A stretch of 64,000 nt of DNA from positions 71,052,001-71,116,000 of the forward strand of contig NC_086383.1 in the NCBI RefSeq assembly GCF_036588685.1, read 5' to 3'. This document shows, in pieces, positions 38,147 through 52,250 of this stretch (positions are counted from its first letter, which is position 1; each line of letters opens with the position of its first letter). The DNA comes from Mytilus trossulus. Lineage: Eukaryota. The position numbers and the translations under genes are program-made. Under the pieces are notes generated by a model, which was not told the origin of the DNA, did no database searches, and saw nothing but the letters and a program-made list of their open reading frames with translations.

Positions 38147-41096
38147 ACTGTTCCAGACTTCAGTCTGCAGAGGCTATTCAGCCACCAAAAGCCCTTTTAA
38201 GGGCTACCCAATTTATTCAAAAAGAATCTACAATTGTTGTACATTAGTTATCAAACTAAATCTAGCTGAGCCCTACTTTCTCTGAACTTTGCACTGGTCT
38301 CTGAAATATTTTTTTGGTCAAATTATTTCCATTGTTTGTTTTATTTCACTCCTTATGACTATACTATTTCTAACACCTAAATATGCAGCTGTTGTTTTGG
38401 ATATTTTTTGTGTAGTTAGGCACCATTAAAGTTATATCAGTGTATTTTCACGCACTTGTTAGAACTGAATAAAACTTTTTCTAATCAGTTTTCGTTAGAA
38501 TGACAATCTACGAAAATAGGAAGTCATGCTAGGGTTTTATTGTGCTCTTTTTTTAGGGGGAAGGGGGTCAAAATCACACAGCTAACCTTCAACCGAAAAA
38601 TCATTTTTGTCATTATATGAGTTTTTCCATTTCTCTCTTCTTCTTCGTGTTCAACTTGACTGACATTTTTAGTTGGACTTTTTCTACACGTATGCAAAGT
38701 CAAAGGTTGGCTCACTATTTCATATCAACTAGTCAATGGGGAGGTAACTCTGAAATTAAACTCAGTACTTTTTTTCAGTACTATATAAATAAACTGTTAA
38801 AATGTACACAATACAAAAGATGTATAACGTATCGTCAAAATCAGATTAGTAGCAAATGAATGCAGTGACGTTTGTCTGTTATATATTTATTTTTTTATTT
38901 ATTATTTGTCAAAATTACTACAATAATATTGTGTATTAAAATTTAGAAGGAAACTCTAAAGTACGGAGGTTTTTGTTCAACATTTAACAGTTCTGCAATT
39001 ATTTTGTCATTTTATTACCTGCGATTTATTATGCAAATTTCACTATTCTCTACCTTTCGAATTTCACCTTTGTTTTACTCGTGTATAAAATAAATGCACC
39101 TACTTGTTTCTATGTTTCTTTCAAATGGTTGTCCTGTGATTTTTCTCTTCTTTTTTCTCTCTGTTATTTAGTGTGTGACGACTTGACTGTATCTTTGCTA
39201 TGTCTTTTTAATCTGTCGACAGCACGCGAGGTGAATCAACCCGAAACAATACAGTGACGTCACATGTGACTACTGTGATGAACAAAAACAAGGATGGATG
39301 GACGGACAGTGGTACAAAAGTAAGAAAAAGTTATTTCTCTGATAACAGGTATCGCGTGAATTGTAGGTTCACGGTATAGGTTTTTTTCTCTCATTTTTGA
39401 AGATCATCTATACAGTTGTCTATAATTGCTTACATCCACTTCATTTGAACTATGGTGGATAGTTGTCTCATTGGCAATCATACCACATCTCCTTCCTTAT
39501 TTTCATATTGAAATGACAGCACCTTAACGACACACACAAACATAGCCTACTAGTATATACGTACATGGGAGACTGAGAAAATCTGTGCTTATTGGAAAAT
39601 GATAAAAAAAAAAAAAATCTTTAAGGTATGCTATGACTAAGCTTAAAATATAAGGTAGATAGGGAGTAGGAAGCACACATATTCTTTTTTTTATTTGGCC
39701 TTAATGAAGAAGAAAACCACACACACAGCATATTACATCTTGTACTAACATCCATTAAACGCTATGCTAATATGTCTTCAAAAGAGAACCCTATTATATA
39801 TCCCCCCTTTTTTCTCCGGATTTTGTTTTTTTGGAAAAAGGGGGAGGGGCTGGCGGTTTAGTTCAATACAGTGGGAAAATGTTTTGCCCAAAGTCCAATG
39901 GTTCACACTGATGTGTTTTTGTCCTTCCGTCTCTTTTTAATCGTCCGTGTCACGGGATGCTGCTTCACCCGTTACCGGTTCTGGGTTCACTTGCATAGCT
40001 TATATAGGTATAATGCATATGTATAGCTAGAGTCTTCACTGTGACACACATTCCCCTTTTTGAGGGGAAATAAATGAACTTTTGTAATTGTCCATTAAGA
40101 TACAAATGATATGTACCACTTTCGAATTATAAAACTACAAAAATCTTCGTGTTTTGTTTTTGTTTTTGTTTGTATCGAAACTTTCAGGCGGCCAGGCCAC
40201 TTTGAGCTCTGATCATCGGTTATTGATAATAAAATTAATTAAATATATTTTGTTGAAAAATATGGTATATTCTATAAGACATATTCGAGTTTTTGACTTG
40301 AAAGTGCGCAAATTGTACATGAAAATGGAAATAAAAGCGAATGTGCATCATACAGAACAGTTGTTCAGTGCCTGAGATCCACTGAAAACAAAGTCGCTCT
40401 CTGAAAAGTTCCCAACGCTAAATTAAATAAAAAGATGTTTCAAATTCGTATTCTAGATATTGGGTTTGTTCATTCGAATCTTGAATGTTTGCGAAATTTC
40501 GCTCGGGTTGAATAAAAATGTTATTTGAAGTTTTAGTAAAAATCTGCAATTAAACAATGGCGCGTGAACTTTTTGTGTGTTTCCCTCTAGCTGGAAACAA
40601 ACTTATTACGAGGAGGAACATGCTTCCAGTGAATAAAAACGGAAAGAAACCTAGAGAGAAATGATTTTTCTTCCGCTGTACAATTTTACGACGATAGAAT
40701 ATTTGTGTAATGAGAAAAACTCGTAAATTTTCTGTCAACATACCTGCGAAGACAATTCAGTCGGTTCTACTTTAACTATTAATATCTTTTTACTGTGTAC
40801 ATCGAAAAATACACAGTTTATCTAACATGCAAGATTAATGACTGTTGAGCAATTTGGTATGCTATATGTGAATGTTTTTGATAGAATTATACTATAAATT
40901 ATCATAAAAGTCTTCGAAGAAGCACATAATCATTTTACCGAGATCGCGTAATGGATTTTACAAGTTATTTTTAAGGGTGTCTTCGTCGAGGTCCGCGTTC
41001 GTCTGTTATAAATAAACGAGGCCTGGAATGGCGTTATTTTCAAATCGTTATTCGTAGTATAAACTTCGTAAAGGATAATATTTTGAATCATTCAAA

Positions 41097-41672
41097 ATGG
41101 CAGACGCAACAGCAGCACCAGCAGTAGCACCAGCTAAATCACCAAAGAAAAAGGCAGCAGCCAAGCCAAAGAAGCCTTCCGCACATCCTAAATACAGCGA
41201 GATGATTGGAAAAGCCATCGCCGCTTTGAAAGAACGTGGAGGTTCCTCAAGGCAAGCAATTCTGAAGTACATCATGGCCAACTTCAACGTCGGAAAAGAT
41301 GCCAAGTCAGTAAATGCTCATTTAAAACTTGCACTCAGAGCCGGAGTTAAGAACAACAGTTTGAAGCAGTCCAAGGGAACTGGAGCATCCGGCTCTTTCA
41401 GAATTGGAGAGGCTAAAGTGGTTAAAAAGAAGCCAGCAAAGGCAAAAAAAGCAGCCAAACCTAAGGCCGCCAAGCCTAAGAAGGCAAAGACCACACCCAA
41501 GAAAAAGAAGCCAGCAGCAAAGAAACCAGCTGGAGAGAAAAAGGCGGCCAAACCAAAAGCAAAAAAACCAGCAGCAAAGAAAGCAGCCAAGCCAAAGAAG
41601 CCAGCAGCCAAGTCACCAGCCAAAAAGAAGGCAGCCAAACCAAAAGCCAAGAAGACACCAAAGAAGAAGTAA
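41097..41672 (+). CDS. H1: Linker histone H1 (191 aa)
   Basis: Identical translation. Confidence 0.98.
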   Translation: MADATAAPAVAPAKSPKKKAAAKPKKPSAHPKYSEMIGKAIAALKERGGSSRQAILKYIMANFNVGKDAKSVNAHLKLALRAGVKNNSLKQSKGTGASGSFRIGEAKVVKKKPAKAKKAAKPKAAKPKKAKTTPKKKKPAAKKPAGEKKAAKPKAKKPAAKKAAKPKKPAAKSPAKKKAAKPKAKKTPKKK

Positions 41673-44622
41673 ACTGTTCCAGACTTCAGTCTGCAGAGGC
41701 TATTCAGCCACCAAAAGCCCTTTTAAGGGCTACCCAATTTATTCAAAAAGAATCTACAATTGTTGTACATTAGTTATCAAACTAAATCTAGCTGAGCCCT
41801 ACTTTCTCTGAACTTTGCACTGGTCTCTGAAATATTTTTTTGGTCAAATTATTTCCATTGTTTGTTTTATTTCACTCCTTATGACTATACTATTTCTAAC
41901 ACCTAAATATGCAGCTGTTGTTTTGGATATTTTTTGTGTAGTTAGGCACCATTAAAGTTATATCAGTGTATTTTCACGCACTTGTTAGAACTGAATAAAA
42001 CTTTTTCTAATCAGTTTTCGTTAGAATGACAATCTACGAAAATAGGAAGTCATGCTAGGGTTTTATTGTGCTCTTTTTTTAGGGGGAAGGGGGTCAAAAT
42101 CACACAGCTAACCTTCAACCGAAAAATCATTTTTGTCATTATATGAGTTTTTCCATTTCTCTCTTCTTCTTCGTGTTCAACTTGACTGACATTTTTAGTT
42201 GGACTTTTTCTACACGTATGCAAAGTCAAAGGTTGGCTCACTATTTCATATCAACTAGTCAATGGGGAGGTAACTCTGAAATTAAACTCAGTACTTTTTT
42301 TCAGTACTATATAAATAAACTGTTAAAATGTACACAATACAAAAGATGTATAACGTATCGTCAAAATCAGATTAGTAGCAAATGAATGCAGTGACGTTTG
42401 TCTGTTATATATTTATTTTTTTATTTATTATTTGTCAAAATTACTACAATAATATTGTGTGTTAAAATTTAGAAGGAAACTCTAAAGTACGGAGGTTTTT
42501 GTTCAACATTTAACAGTTCTGCAATTATTTTGTCATTTTATTACCTGCGATTTATTATGCAAATTTCACTATTCTCTACCTTTCGAATTTCACCTTTGTT
42601 TTACTCGTGTATAAAATAAATGCACCTACTTGTTTCTATGTTTCTTTCAAATGGTTGTCCTGTGATTTTTCTCTTCTTTTTTCTCTCTGTTATTTAGTGT
42701 GTGACGACTTGACTGTATCTTTGCTATGTCTTTTTAATCTGTCGACAGCACGCGAGGTGAATCAACCCGAAACAATACAGTGACGTCACATGTGACTACT
42801 GTGATGAACAAAAACAAGGATGGATGGACGGACAGTGGTACAAAAGTAAGAAAAAGTTATTTCTCTGATAACAGGTATCGCGTGAATTGTAGGTTCACGG
42901 TATAGGTTTTTTTCTCTCATTTTTGAAGATCATCTATACAGTTGTCTATAATTGCTTACATCCACTTCATTTGAACTATGGTGGATAGTTGTCTCATTGG
43001 CAATCATACCACATCTCCTTCCTTATTTTCATATTGAAATGACAGCACCTTAACGACACACACAAACATAGCCTACTAGTATATACGTACATGGGAGACT
43101 GAGAAAATCTGTGCTTATTGGAAAATGATAAAAAAAAAAAAAATCTTTAAGGTATGCTATGACTAAGCTTAAAATATAAGGTAGATAGGGAGTAGGAAGC
43201 ACACATATTCTTTTTTTTATTTGGCCTTAATGAAGAAGAAAACCACACACACAGCATATTACATCTTGTACTAACATCCATTAAACGCTATGCTAATATG
43301 TCTTCAAAAGAGAACCCTATTATATATCCCCCCTTTTTTCTCCGGATTTTGTTTTTTTGGAAAAAGGGGGAGGGGCTGGCGGTTTAGTTCAATACAGTGG
43401 GAAAATGTTTTGCCCAAAGTCCAATGGTTCACACTGATGTGTTTTTGTCCTTCCGTCTCTTTTTAATCGTCCGTGTCACGGGATGCTGCTTCACCCGTTA
43501 CCGGTTCTGGGTTCACTTGCATAGCTTATATAGGTATAATGCATATGTATAGCTAGAGTCTTCACTGTGACACACATTCCCCTTTTTGAGGGGAAATAAA
43601 TGAACTTTTGTAATTGTCCATTAAGATACAAATGATATGTACCACTTTCGAATTATAAAACTACAAAAATCTTCGTGTTTTGTTTTTGTTTTTGTTTGTA
43701 TCGAAACTTTCAGGCGGCCAGGCCACTTTGAGCTCTGATCATCGGTTATTGATAATAAAATTAATTAAATATATTTTGTTGAAAAATATGGTATATTCTA
43801 TAAGACATATTCGAGTTTTTGACTTGAAAGTGCGCAAATTGTACATGAAAATGGAAATAAAAGCGAATGTGCATCATACAGAACAGTTGTTCAGTGCCTG
43901 AGATCCACTGAAAACAAAGTCGCTCTCTGAAAAGTTCCCAACGCTAAATTAAATAAAAAGATGTTTCAAATTCGTATTCTAGATATTGGGTTTGTTCATT
44001 CGAATCTTGAATGTTTGCGAAATTTCGCTCGGGTTGAATAAAAATGTTATTTGAAGTTTTAGTAAAAATCTGCAATTAAACAATGGCGCGTGAACTTTTT
44101 GTGTGTTTCCCTCTAGCTGGAAACAAACTTATTACGAGGAGGAACATGCTTCCAGTGAATAAAAACGGAAAGAAACCTAGAGAGAAATGATTTTTCTTCC
44201 GCTGTACAATTTTACGACGATAGAATATTTGTGTAATGAGAAAAACTCGTAAATTTTCTGTCAACATACCTGCGAAGACAATTCAGTCGGTTCTACTTTA
44301 ACTATTAATATCTTTTTACTGTGTACATCGAAAAATACACAGTTTATCTAACATGCAAGATTAATGACTGTTGAGCAATTTGGTATGCTATATGTGAATG
44401 TTTTTGATAGAATTATACTATAAATTATCATAAAAGTCTTCGAAGAAGCACATAATCATTTTACCGAGATCGCGTAATGGATTTTACAAGTTATTTTTAA
44501 GGGTGTCTTCGTCGAGGTCCGCGTTCGTCTGTTATAAATAAACGAGGCCTGGAATGGCGTTATTTTCAAATCGTTATTCGTAGTATAAACTTCGTAAAGG
44601 ATAATATTTTGAATCATTCAAA

Positions 44623-45198
44623 ATGGCAGACGCAACAGCAGCACCAGCAGTAGCACCAGCTAAATCACCAAAGAAAAAGGCAGCAGCCAAGCCAAAGAAG
44701 CCTTCCGCACATCCTAAATACAGCGAGATGATTGGAAAAGCCATCGCCGCTTTGAAAGAACGTGGAGGTTCCTCAAGGCAAGCAATTCTGAAGTACATCA
44801 TGGCCAACTTCAACGTCGGAAAAGATGCCAAGTCAGTAAATGCTCATTTAAAACTTGCACTCAGAGCCGGAGTTAAGAACAACAGTTTGAAGCAGTCCAA
44901 GGGAACTGGAGCATCCGGCTCTTTCAGAATTGGAGAGGCTAAAGTGGTTAAAAAGAAGCCAGCAAAGGCAAAAAAAGCAGCCAAACCTAAGGCCGCCAAG
45001 CCTAAGAAGGCAAAGACCACACCCAAGAAAAAGAAGCCAGCAGCAAAGAAACCAGCTGGAGAGAAAAAGGCGGCCAAACCAAAAGCAAAAAAACCAGCAG
45101 CAAAGAAAGCAGCCAAGCCAAAGAAGCCAGCAGCCAAGTCACCAGCCAAAAAGAAGGCAGCCAAACCAAAAGCCAAGAAGACACCAAAGAAGAAGTAA
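44623..45198 (+). CDS. H1: Linker histone H1 (191 aa)
   Basis: Identical translation. Confidence 0.98.
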   Translation: MADATAAPAVAPAKSPKKKAAAKPKKPSAHPKYSEMIGKAIAALKERGGSSRQAILKYIMANFNVGKDAKSVNAHLKLALRAGVKNNSLKQSKGTGASGSFRIGEAKVVKKKPAKAKKAAKPKAAKPKKAKTTPKKKKPAAKKPAGEKKAAKPKAKKPAAKKAAKPKKPAAKSPAKKKAAKPKAKKTPKKK

Positions 45199-48148
45199 AC
45201 TGTTCCAGACTTCAGTCTGCAGAGGCTATTCAGCCACCAAAAGCCCTTTTAAGGGCTACCCAATTTATTCAAAAAGAATCTACAATTGTTGTACATTAGT
45301 TATCAAACTAAATCTAGCTGAGCCCTACTTTCTCTGAACTTTGCACTGGTCTCTGAAATATTTTTTTGGTCAAATTATTTCCATTGTTTGTTTTATTTCA
45401 CTCCTTATGACTATACTATTTCTAACACCTAAATATGCAGCTGTTGTTTTGGATATTTTTTGTGTAGTTAGGCACCATTAAAGTTATATCAGTGTATTTT
45501 CACGCACTTGTTAGAACTGAATAAAACTTTTTCTAATCAGTTTTCGTTAGAATGACAATCTACGAAAATAGGAAGTCATGCTAGGGTTTTATTGTGCTCT
45601 TTTTTTAGGGGGAAGGGGGTCAAAATCACACAGCTAACCTTCAACCGAAAAATCATTTTTGTCATTATATGAGTTTTTCCATTTCTCTCTTCTTCTTCGT
45701 GTTCAACTTGACTGACATTTTTAGTTGGACTTTTTCTACACGTATGCAAAGTCAAAGGTTGGCTCACTATTTCATATCAACTAGTCAATGGGGAGGTAAC
45801 TCTGAAATTAAACTCAGTACTTTTTTTCAGTACTATATAAATAAACTGTTAAAATGTACACAATACAAAAGATGTATAACGTATCGTCAAAATCAGATTA
45901 GTAGCAAATGAATGCAGTGACGTTTGTCTGTTATATATTTATTTTTTTATTTATTATTTGTCAAAATTACTACAATAATATTGTGTATTAAAATTTAGAA
46001 GGAAACTCTAAAGTACGGAGGTTTTTGTTCAACATTTAACAGTTCTGCAATTATTTTGTCATTTTATTACCTGCGATTTATTATGCAAATTTCACTATTC
46101 TCTACCTTTCGAATTTCACCTTTGTTTTACTCGTGTATAAAATAAATGCACCTACTTGTTTCTATGTTTCTTTCAAATGGTTGTCCTGTGATTTTTCTCT
46201 TCTTTTTTCTCTCTGTTATTTAGTGTGTGACGACTTGACTGTATCTTTGCTATGTCTTTTTAATCTGTCGACAGCACGCGAGGTGAATCAACCCGAAACA
46301 ATACAGTGACGTCACATGTGACTACTGTGATGAACAAAAACAAGGATGGATGGACGGACAGTGGTACAAAAGTAAGAAAAAGTTATTTCTCTGATAACAG
46401 GTATCGCGTGAATTGTAGGTTCACGGTATAGGTTTTTTTCTCTCATTTTTGAAGATCATCTATACAGTTGTCTATAATTGCTTACATCCACTTCATTTGA
46501 ACTATGGTGGATAGTTGTCTCATTGGCAATCATACCACATCTCCTTCCTTATTTTCATATTGAAATGACAGCACCTTAACGACACACACAAACATAGCCT
46601 ACTAGTATATACGTACATGGGAGACTGAGAAAATCTGTGCTTATTGGAAAATGATAAAAAAAAAAAAAATCTTTAAGGTATGCTATGACTAAGCTTAAAA
46701 TATAAGGTAGATAGGGAGTAGGAAGCACACATATTCTTTTTTTTATTTGGCCTTAATGAAGAAGAAAACCACACACACAGCATATTACATCTTGTACTAA
46801 CATCCATTAAACGCTATGCTAATATGTCTTCAAAAGAGAACCCTATTATATATCCCCCCTTTTTTCTCCGGATTTTGTTTTTTTGGAAAAAGGGGGAGGG
46901 GCTGGCGGTTTAGTTCAATACAGTGGGAAAATGTTTTGCCCAAAGTCCAATGGTTCACACTGATGTGTTTTTGTCCTTCCGTCTCTTTTTAATCGTCCGT
47001 GTCACGGGATGCTGCTTCACCCGTTACCGGTTCTGGGTTCACTTGCATAGCTTATATAGGTATAATGCATATGTATAGCTAGAGTCTTCACTGTGACACA
47101 CATTCCCCTTTTTGAGGGGAAATAAATGAACTTTTGTAATTGTCCATTAAGATACAAATGATATGTACCACTTTCGAATTATAAAACTACAAAAATCTTC
47201 GTGTTTTGTTTTTGTTTTTGTTTGTATCGAAACTTTCAGGCGGCCAGGCCACTTTGAGCTCTGATCATCGGTTATTGATAATAAAATTAATTAAATATAT
47301 TTTGTTGAAAAATATGGTATATTCTATAAGACATATTCGAGTTTTTGACTTGAAAGTGCGCAAATTGTACATGAAAATGGAAATAAAAGCGAATGTGCAT
47401 CATACAGAACAGTTGTTCAGTGCCTGAGATCCACTGAAAACAAAGTCGCTCTCTGAAAAGTTCCCAACGCTAAATTAAATAAAAAGATGTTTCAAATTCG
47501 TATTCTAGATATTGGGTTTGTTCATTCGAATCTTGAATGTTTGCGAAATTTCGCTCGGGTTGAATAAAAATGTTATTTGAAGTTTTAGTAAAAATCTGCA
47601 ATTAAACAATGGCGCGTGAACTTTTTGTGTGTTTCCCTCTAGCTGGAAACAAACTTATTACGAGGAGGAACATGCTTCCAGTGAATAAAAACGGAAAGAA
47701 ACCTAGAGAGAAATGATTTTTCTTCCGCTGTACAATTTTACGACGATAGAATATTTGTGTAATGAGAAAAACTCGTAAATTTTCTGTCAACATACCTGCG
47801 AAGACAATTCAGTCGGTTCTACTTTAACTATTAATATCTTTTTACTGTGTACATCGAAAAATACACAGTTTATCTAACATGCAAGATTAATGACTGTTGA
47901 GCAATTTGGTATGCTATATGTGAATGTTTTTGATAGAATTATACTATAAATTATCATAAAAGTCTTCGAAGAAGCACATAATCATTTTACCGAGATCGCG
48001 TAATGGATTTTACAAGTTATTTTTAAGGGTGTCTTCGTCGAGGTCCGCGTTCGTCTGTTATAAATAAACGAGGCCTGGAATGGCGTTATTTTCAAATCGT
48101 TATTCGTAGTATAAACTTCGTAAAGGATAATATTTTGAATCATTCAAA

Positions 48149-48724
48149 ATGGCAGACGCAACAGCAGCACCAGCAGTAGCACCAGCTAAATCACCAAAGA
48201 AAAAGGCAGCAGCCAAGCCAAAGAAGCCTTCCGCACATCCTAAATACAGCGAGATGATTGGAAAAGCCATCGCCGCTTTGAAAGAACGTGGAGGTTCCTC
48301 AAGGCAAGCAATTCTGAAGTACATCATGGCCAACTTCAACGTCGGAAAAGATGCCAAGTCAGTAAATGCTCATTTAAAACTTGCACTCAGAGCCGGAGTT
48401 AAGAACAACAGTTTGAAGCAGTCCAAGGGAACTGGAGCATCCGGCTCTTTCAGAATTGGAGAGGCTAAAGTGGTTAAAAAGAAGCCAGCAAAGGCAAAAA
48501 AAGCAGCCAAACCTAAGGCCGCCAAGCCTAAGAAGGCAAAGACCACACCCAAGAAAAAGAAGCCAGCAGCAAAGAAACCAGCTGGAGAGAAAAAGGCGGC
48601 CAAACCAAAAGCAAAAAAACCAGCAGCAAAGAAAGCAGCCAAGCCAAAGAAGCCAGCAGCCAAGTCACCAGCCAAAAAGAAGGCAGCCAAACCAAAAGCC
48701 AAGAAGACACCAAAGAAGAAGTAA
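48149..48724 (+). CDS. H1: Linker histone H1 (191 aa)
   Basis: Identical translation. Confidence 0.98.
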   Translation: MADATAAPAVAPAKSPKKKAAAKPKKPSAHPKYSEMIGKAIAALKERGGSSRQAILKYIMANFNVGKDAKSVNAHLKLALRAGVKNNSLKQSKGTGASGSFRIGEAKVVKKKPAKAKKAAKPKAAKPKKAKTTPKKKKPAAKKPAGEKKAAKPKAKKPAAKKAAKPKKPAAKSPAKKKAAKPKAKKTPKKK

Positions 48725-51674
48725 ACTGTTCCAGACTTCAGTCTGCAGAGGCTATTCAGCCACCAAAAGCCCTTTTAAGGGCTACCCAATTTATTCAAAA
48801 AGAATCTACAATTGTTGTACATTAGTTATCAAACTAAATCTAGCTGAGCCCTACTTTCTCTGAACTTTGCACTGGTCTCTGAAATATTTTTTTGGTCAAA
48901 TTATTTCCATTGTTTGTTTTATTTCACTCCTTATGACTATACTATTTCTAACACCTAAATATGCAGCTGTTGTTTTGGATATTTTTTGTGTAGTTAGGCA
49001 CCATTAAAGTTATATCAGTGTATTTTCACGCACTTGTTAGAACTGAATAAAACTTTTTCTAATCAGTTTTCGTTAGAATGACAATCTACGAAAATAGGAA
49101 GTCATGCTAGGGTTTTATTGTGCTCTTTTTTTAGGGGGAAGGGGGTCAAAATCACACAGCTAACCTTCAACCGAAAAATCATTTTTGTCATTATATGAGT
49201 TTTTCCATTTCTCTCTTCTTCTTCGTGTTCAACTTGACTGACATTTTTAGTTGGACTTTTTCTACACGTATGCAAAGTCAAAGGTTGGCTCACTATTTCA
49301 TATCAACTAGTCAATGGGGAGGTAACTCTGAAATTAAACTCAGTACTTTTTTTCAGTACTATATAAATAAACTGTTAAAATGTACACAATACAAAAGATG
49401 TATAACGTATCGTCAAAATCAGATTAGTAGCAAATGAATGCAGTGACGTTTGTCTGTTATATATTTATTTTTTTATTTATTATTTGTCAAAATTACTACA
49501 ATAATATTGTGTATTAAAATTTAGAAGGAAACTCTAAAGTACGGAGGTTTTTGTTCAACATTTAACAGTTCTGCAATTATTTTGTCATTTTATTACCTGC
49601 GATTTATTATGCAAATTTCACTATTCTCTACCTTTCGAATTTCACCTTTGTTTTACTCGTGTATAAAATAAATGCACCTACTTGTTTCTATGTTTCTTTC
49701 AAATGGTTGTCCTGTGATTTTTCTCTTCTTTTTTCTCTCTGTTATTTAGTGTGTGACGACTTGACTGTATCTTTGCTATGTCTTTTTAATCTGTCGACAG
49801 CACGCGAGGTGAATCAACCCGAAACAATACAGTGACGTCACATGTGACTACTGTGATGAACAAAAACAAGGATGGATGGACGGACAGTGGTACAAAAGTA
49901 AGAAAAAGTTATTTCTCTGATAACAGGTATCGCGTGAATTGTAGGTTCACGGTATAGGTTTTTTTCTCTCATTTTTGAAGATCATCTATACAGTTGTCTA
50001 TAATTGCTTACATCCACTTCATTTGAACTATGGTGGATAGTTGTCTCATTGGCAATCATACCACATCTCCTTCCTTATTTTCATATTGAAATGACAGCAC
50101 CTTAACGACACACACAAACATAGCCTACTAGTATATACGTACATGGGAGACTGAGAAAATCTGTGCTTATTGGAAAATGATAAAAAAAAAAAAAATCTTT
50201 AAGGTATGCTATGACTAAGCTTAAAATATAAGGTAGATAGGGAGTAGGAAGCACACATATTCTTTTTTTTATTTGGCCTTAATGAAGAAGAAAACCACAC
50301 ACACAGCATATTACATCTTGTACTAACATCCATTAAACGCTATGCTAATATGTCTTCAAAAGAGAACCCTATTATATATCCCCCCTTTTTTCTCCGGATT
50401 TTGTTTTTTTGGAAAAAGGGGGAGGGGCTGGCGGTTTAGTTCAATACAGTGGGAAAATGTTTTGCCCAAAGTCCAATGGTTCACACTGATGTGTTTTTGT
50501 CCTTCCGTCTCTTTTTAATCGTCCGTGTCACGGGATGCTGCTTCACCCGTTACCGGTTCTGGGTTCACTTGCATAGCTTATATAGGTATAATGCATATGT
50601 ATAGCTAGAGTCTTCACTGTGACACACATTCCCCTTTTTGAGGGGAAATAAATGAACTTTTGTAATTGTCCATTAAGATACAAATGATATGTACCACTTT
50701 CGAATTATAAAACTACAAAAATCTTCGTGTTTTGTTTTTGTTTTTGTTTGTATCGAAACTTTCAGGCGGCCAGGCCACTTTGAGCTCTGATCATCGGTTA
50801 TTGATAATAAAATTAATTAAATATATTTTGTTGAAAAATATGGTATATTCTATAAGACATATTCGAGTTTTTGACTTGAAAGTGCGCAAATTGTACATGA
50901 AAATGGAAATAAAAGCGAATGTGCATCATACAGAACAGTTGTTCAGTGCCTGAGATCCACTGAAAACAAAGTCGCTCTCTGAAAAGTTCCCAACGCTAAA
51001 TTAAATAAAAAGATGTTTCAAATTCGTATTCTAGATATTGGGTTTGTTCATTCGAATCTTGAATGTTTGCGAAATTTCGCTCGGGTTGAATAAAAATGTT
51101 ATTTGAAGTTTTAGTAAAAATCTGCAATTAAACAATGGCGCGTGAACTTTTTGTGTGTTTCCCTCTAGCTGGAAACAAACTTATTACGAGGAGGAACATG
51201 CTTCCAGTGAATAAAAACGGAAAGAAACCTAGAGAGAAATGATTTTTCTTCCGCTGTACAATTTTACGACGATAGAATATTTGTGTAATGAGAAAAACTC
51301 GTAAATTTTCTGTCAACATACCTGCGAAGACAATTCAGTCGGTTCTACTTTAACTATTAATATCTTTTTACTGTGTACATCGAAAAATACACAGTTTATC
51401 TAACATGCAAGATTAATGACTGTTGAGCAATTTGGTATGCTATATGTGAATGTTTTTGATAGAATTATACTATAAATTATCATAAAAGTCTTCGAAGAAG
51501 CACATAATCATTTTACCGAGATCGCGTAATGGATTTTACAAGTTATTTTTAAGGGTGTCTTCGTCGAGGTCCGCGTTCGTCTGTTATAAATAAACGAGGC
51601 CTGGAATGGCGTTATTTTCAAATCGTTATTCGTAGTATAAACTTCGTAAAGGATAATATTTTGAATCATTCAAA

Positions 51675-52250
51675 ATGGCAGACGCAACAGCAGCACCAGC
51701 AGTAGCACCAGCTAAATCACCAAAGAAAAAGGCAGCAGCCAAGCCAAAGAAGCCTTCCGCACATCCTAAATACAGCGAGATGATTGGAAAAGCCATCGCC
51801 GCTTTGAAAGAACGTGGAGGTTCCTCAAGGCAAGCAATTCTGAAGTACATCATGGCCAACTTCAACGTCGGAAAAGATGCCAAGTCAGTAAATGCTCATT
51901 TAAAACTTGCACTCAGAGCCGGAGTTAAGAACAACAGTTTGAAGCAGTCCAAGGGAACTGGAGCATCCGGCTCTTTCAGAATTGGAGAGGCTAAAGTGGT
52001 TAAAAAGAAGCCAGCAAAGGCAAAAAAAGCAGCCAAACCTAAGGCCGCCAAGCCTAAGAAGGCAAAGACCACACCCAAGAAAAAGAAGCCAGCAGCAAAG
52101 AAACCAGCTGGAGAGAAAAAGGCGGCCAAACCAAAAGCAAAAAAACCAGCAGCAAAGAAAGCAGCCAAGCCAAAGAAGCCAGCAGCCAAGTCACCAGCCA
52201 AAAAGAAGGCAGCCAAACCAAAAGCCAAGAAGACACCAAAGAAGAAGTAA
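51675..52250 (+). CDS. H1: Linker histone H1 (191 aa)
   Basis: Identical translation. Confidence 0.98.
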   Translation: MADATAAPAVAPAKSPKKKAAAKPKKPSAHPKYSEMIGKAIAALKERGGSSRQAILKYIMANFNVGKDAKSVNAHLKLALRAGVKNNSLKQSKGTGASGSFRIGEAKVVKKKPAKAKKAAKPKAAKPKKAKTTPKKKKPAAKKPAGEKKAAKPKAKKPAAKKAAKPKKPAAKSPAKKKAAKPKAKKTPKKK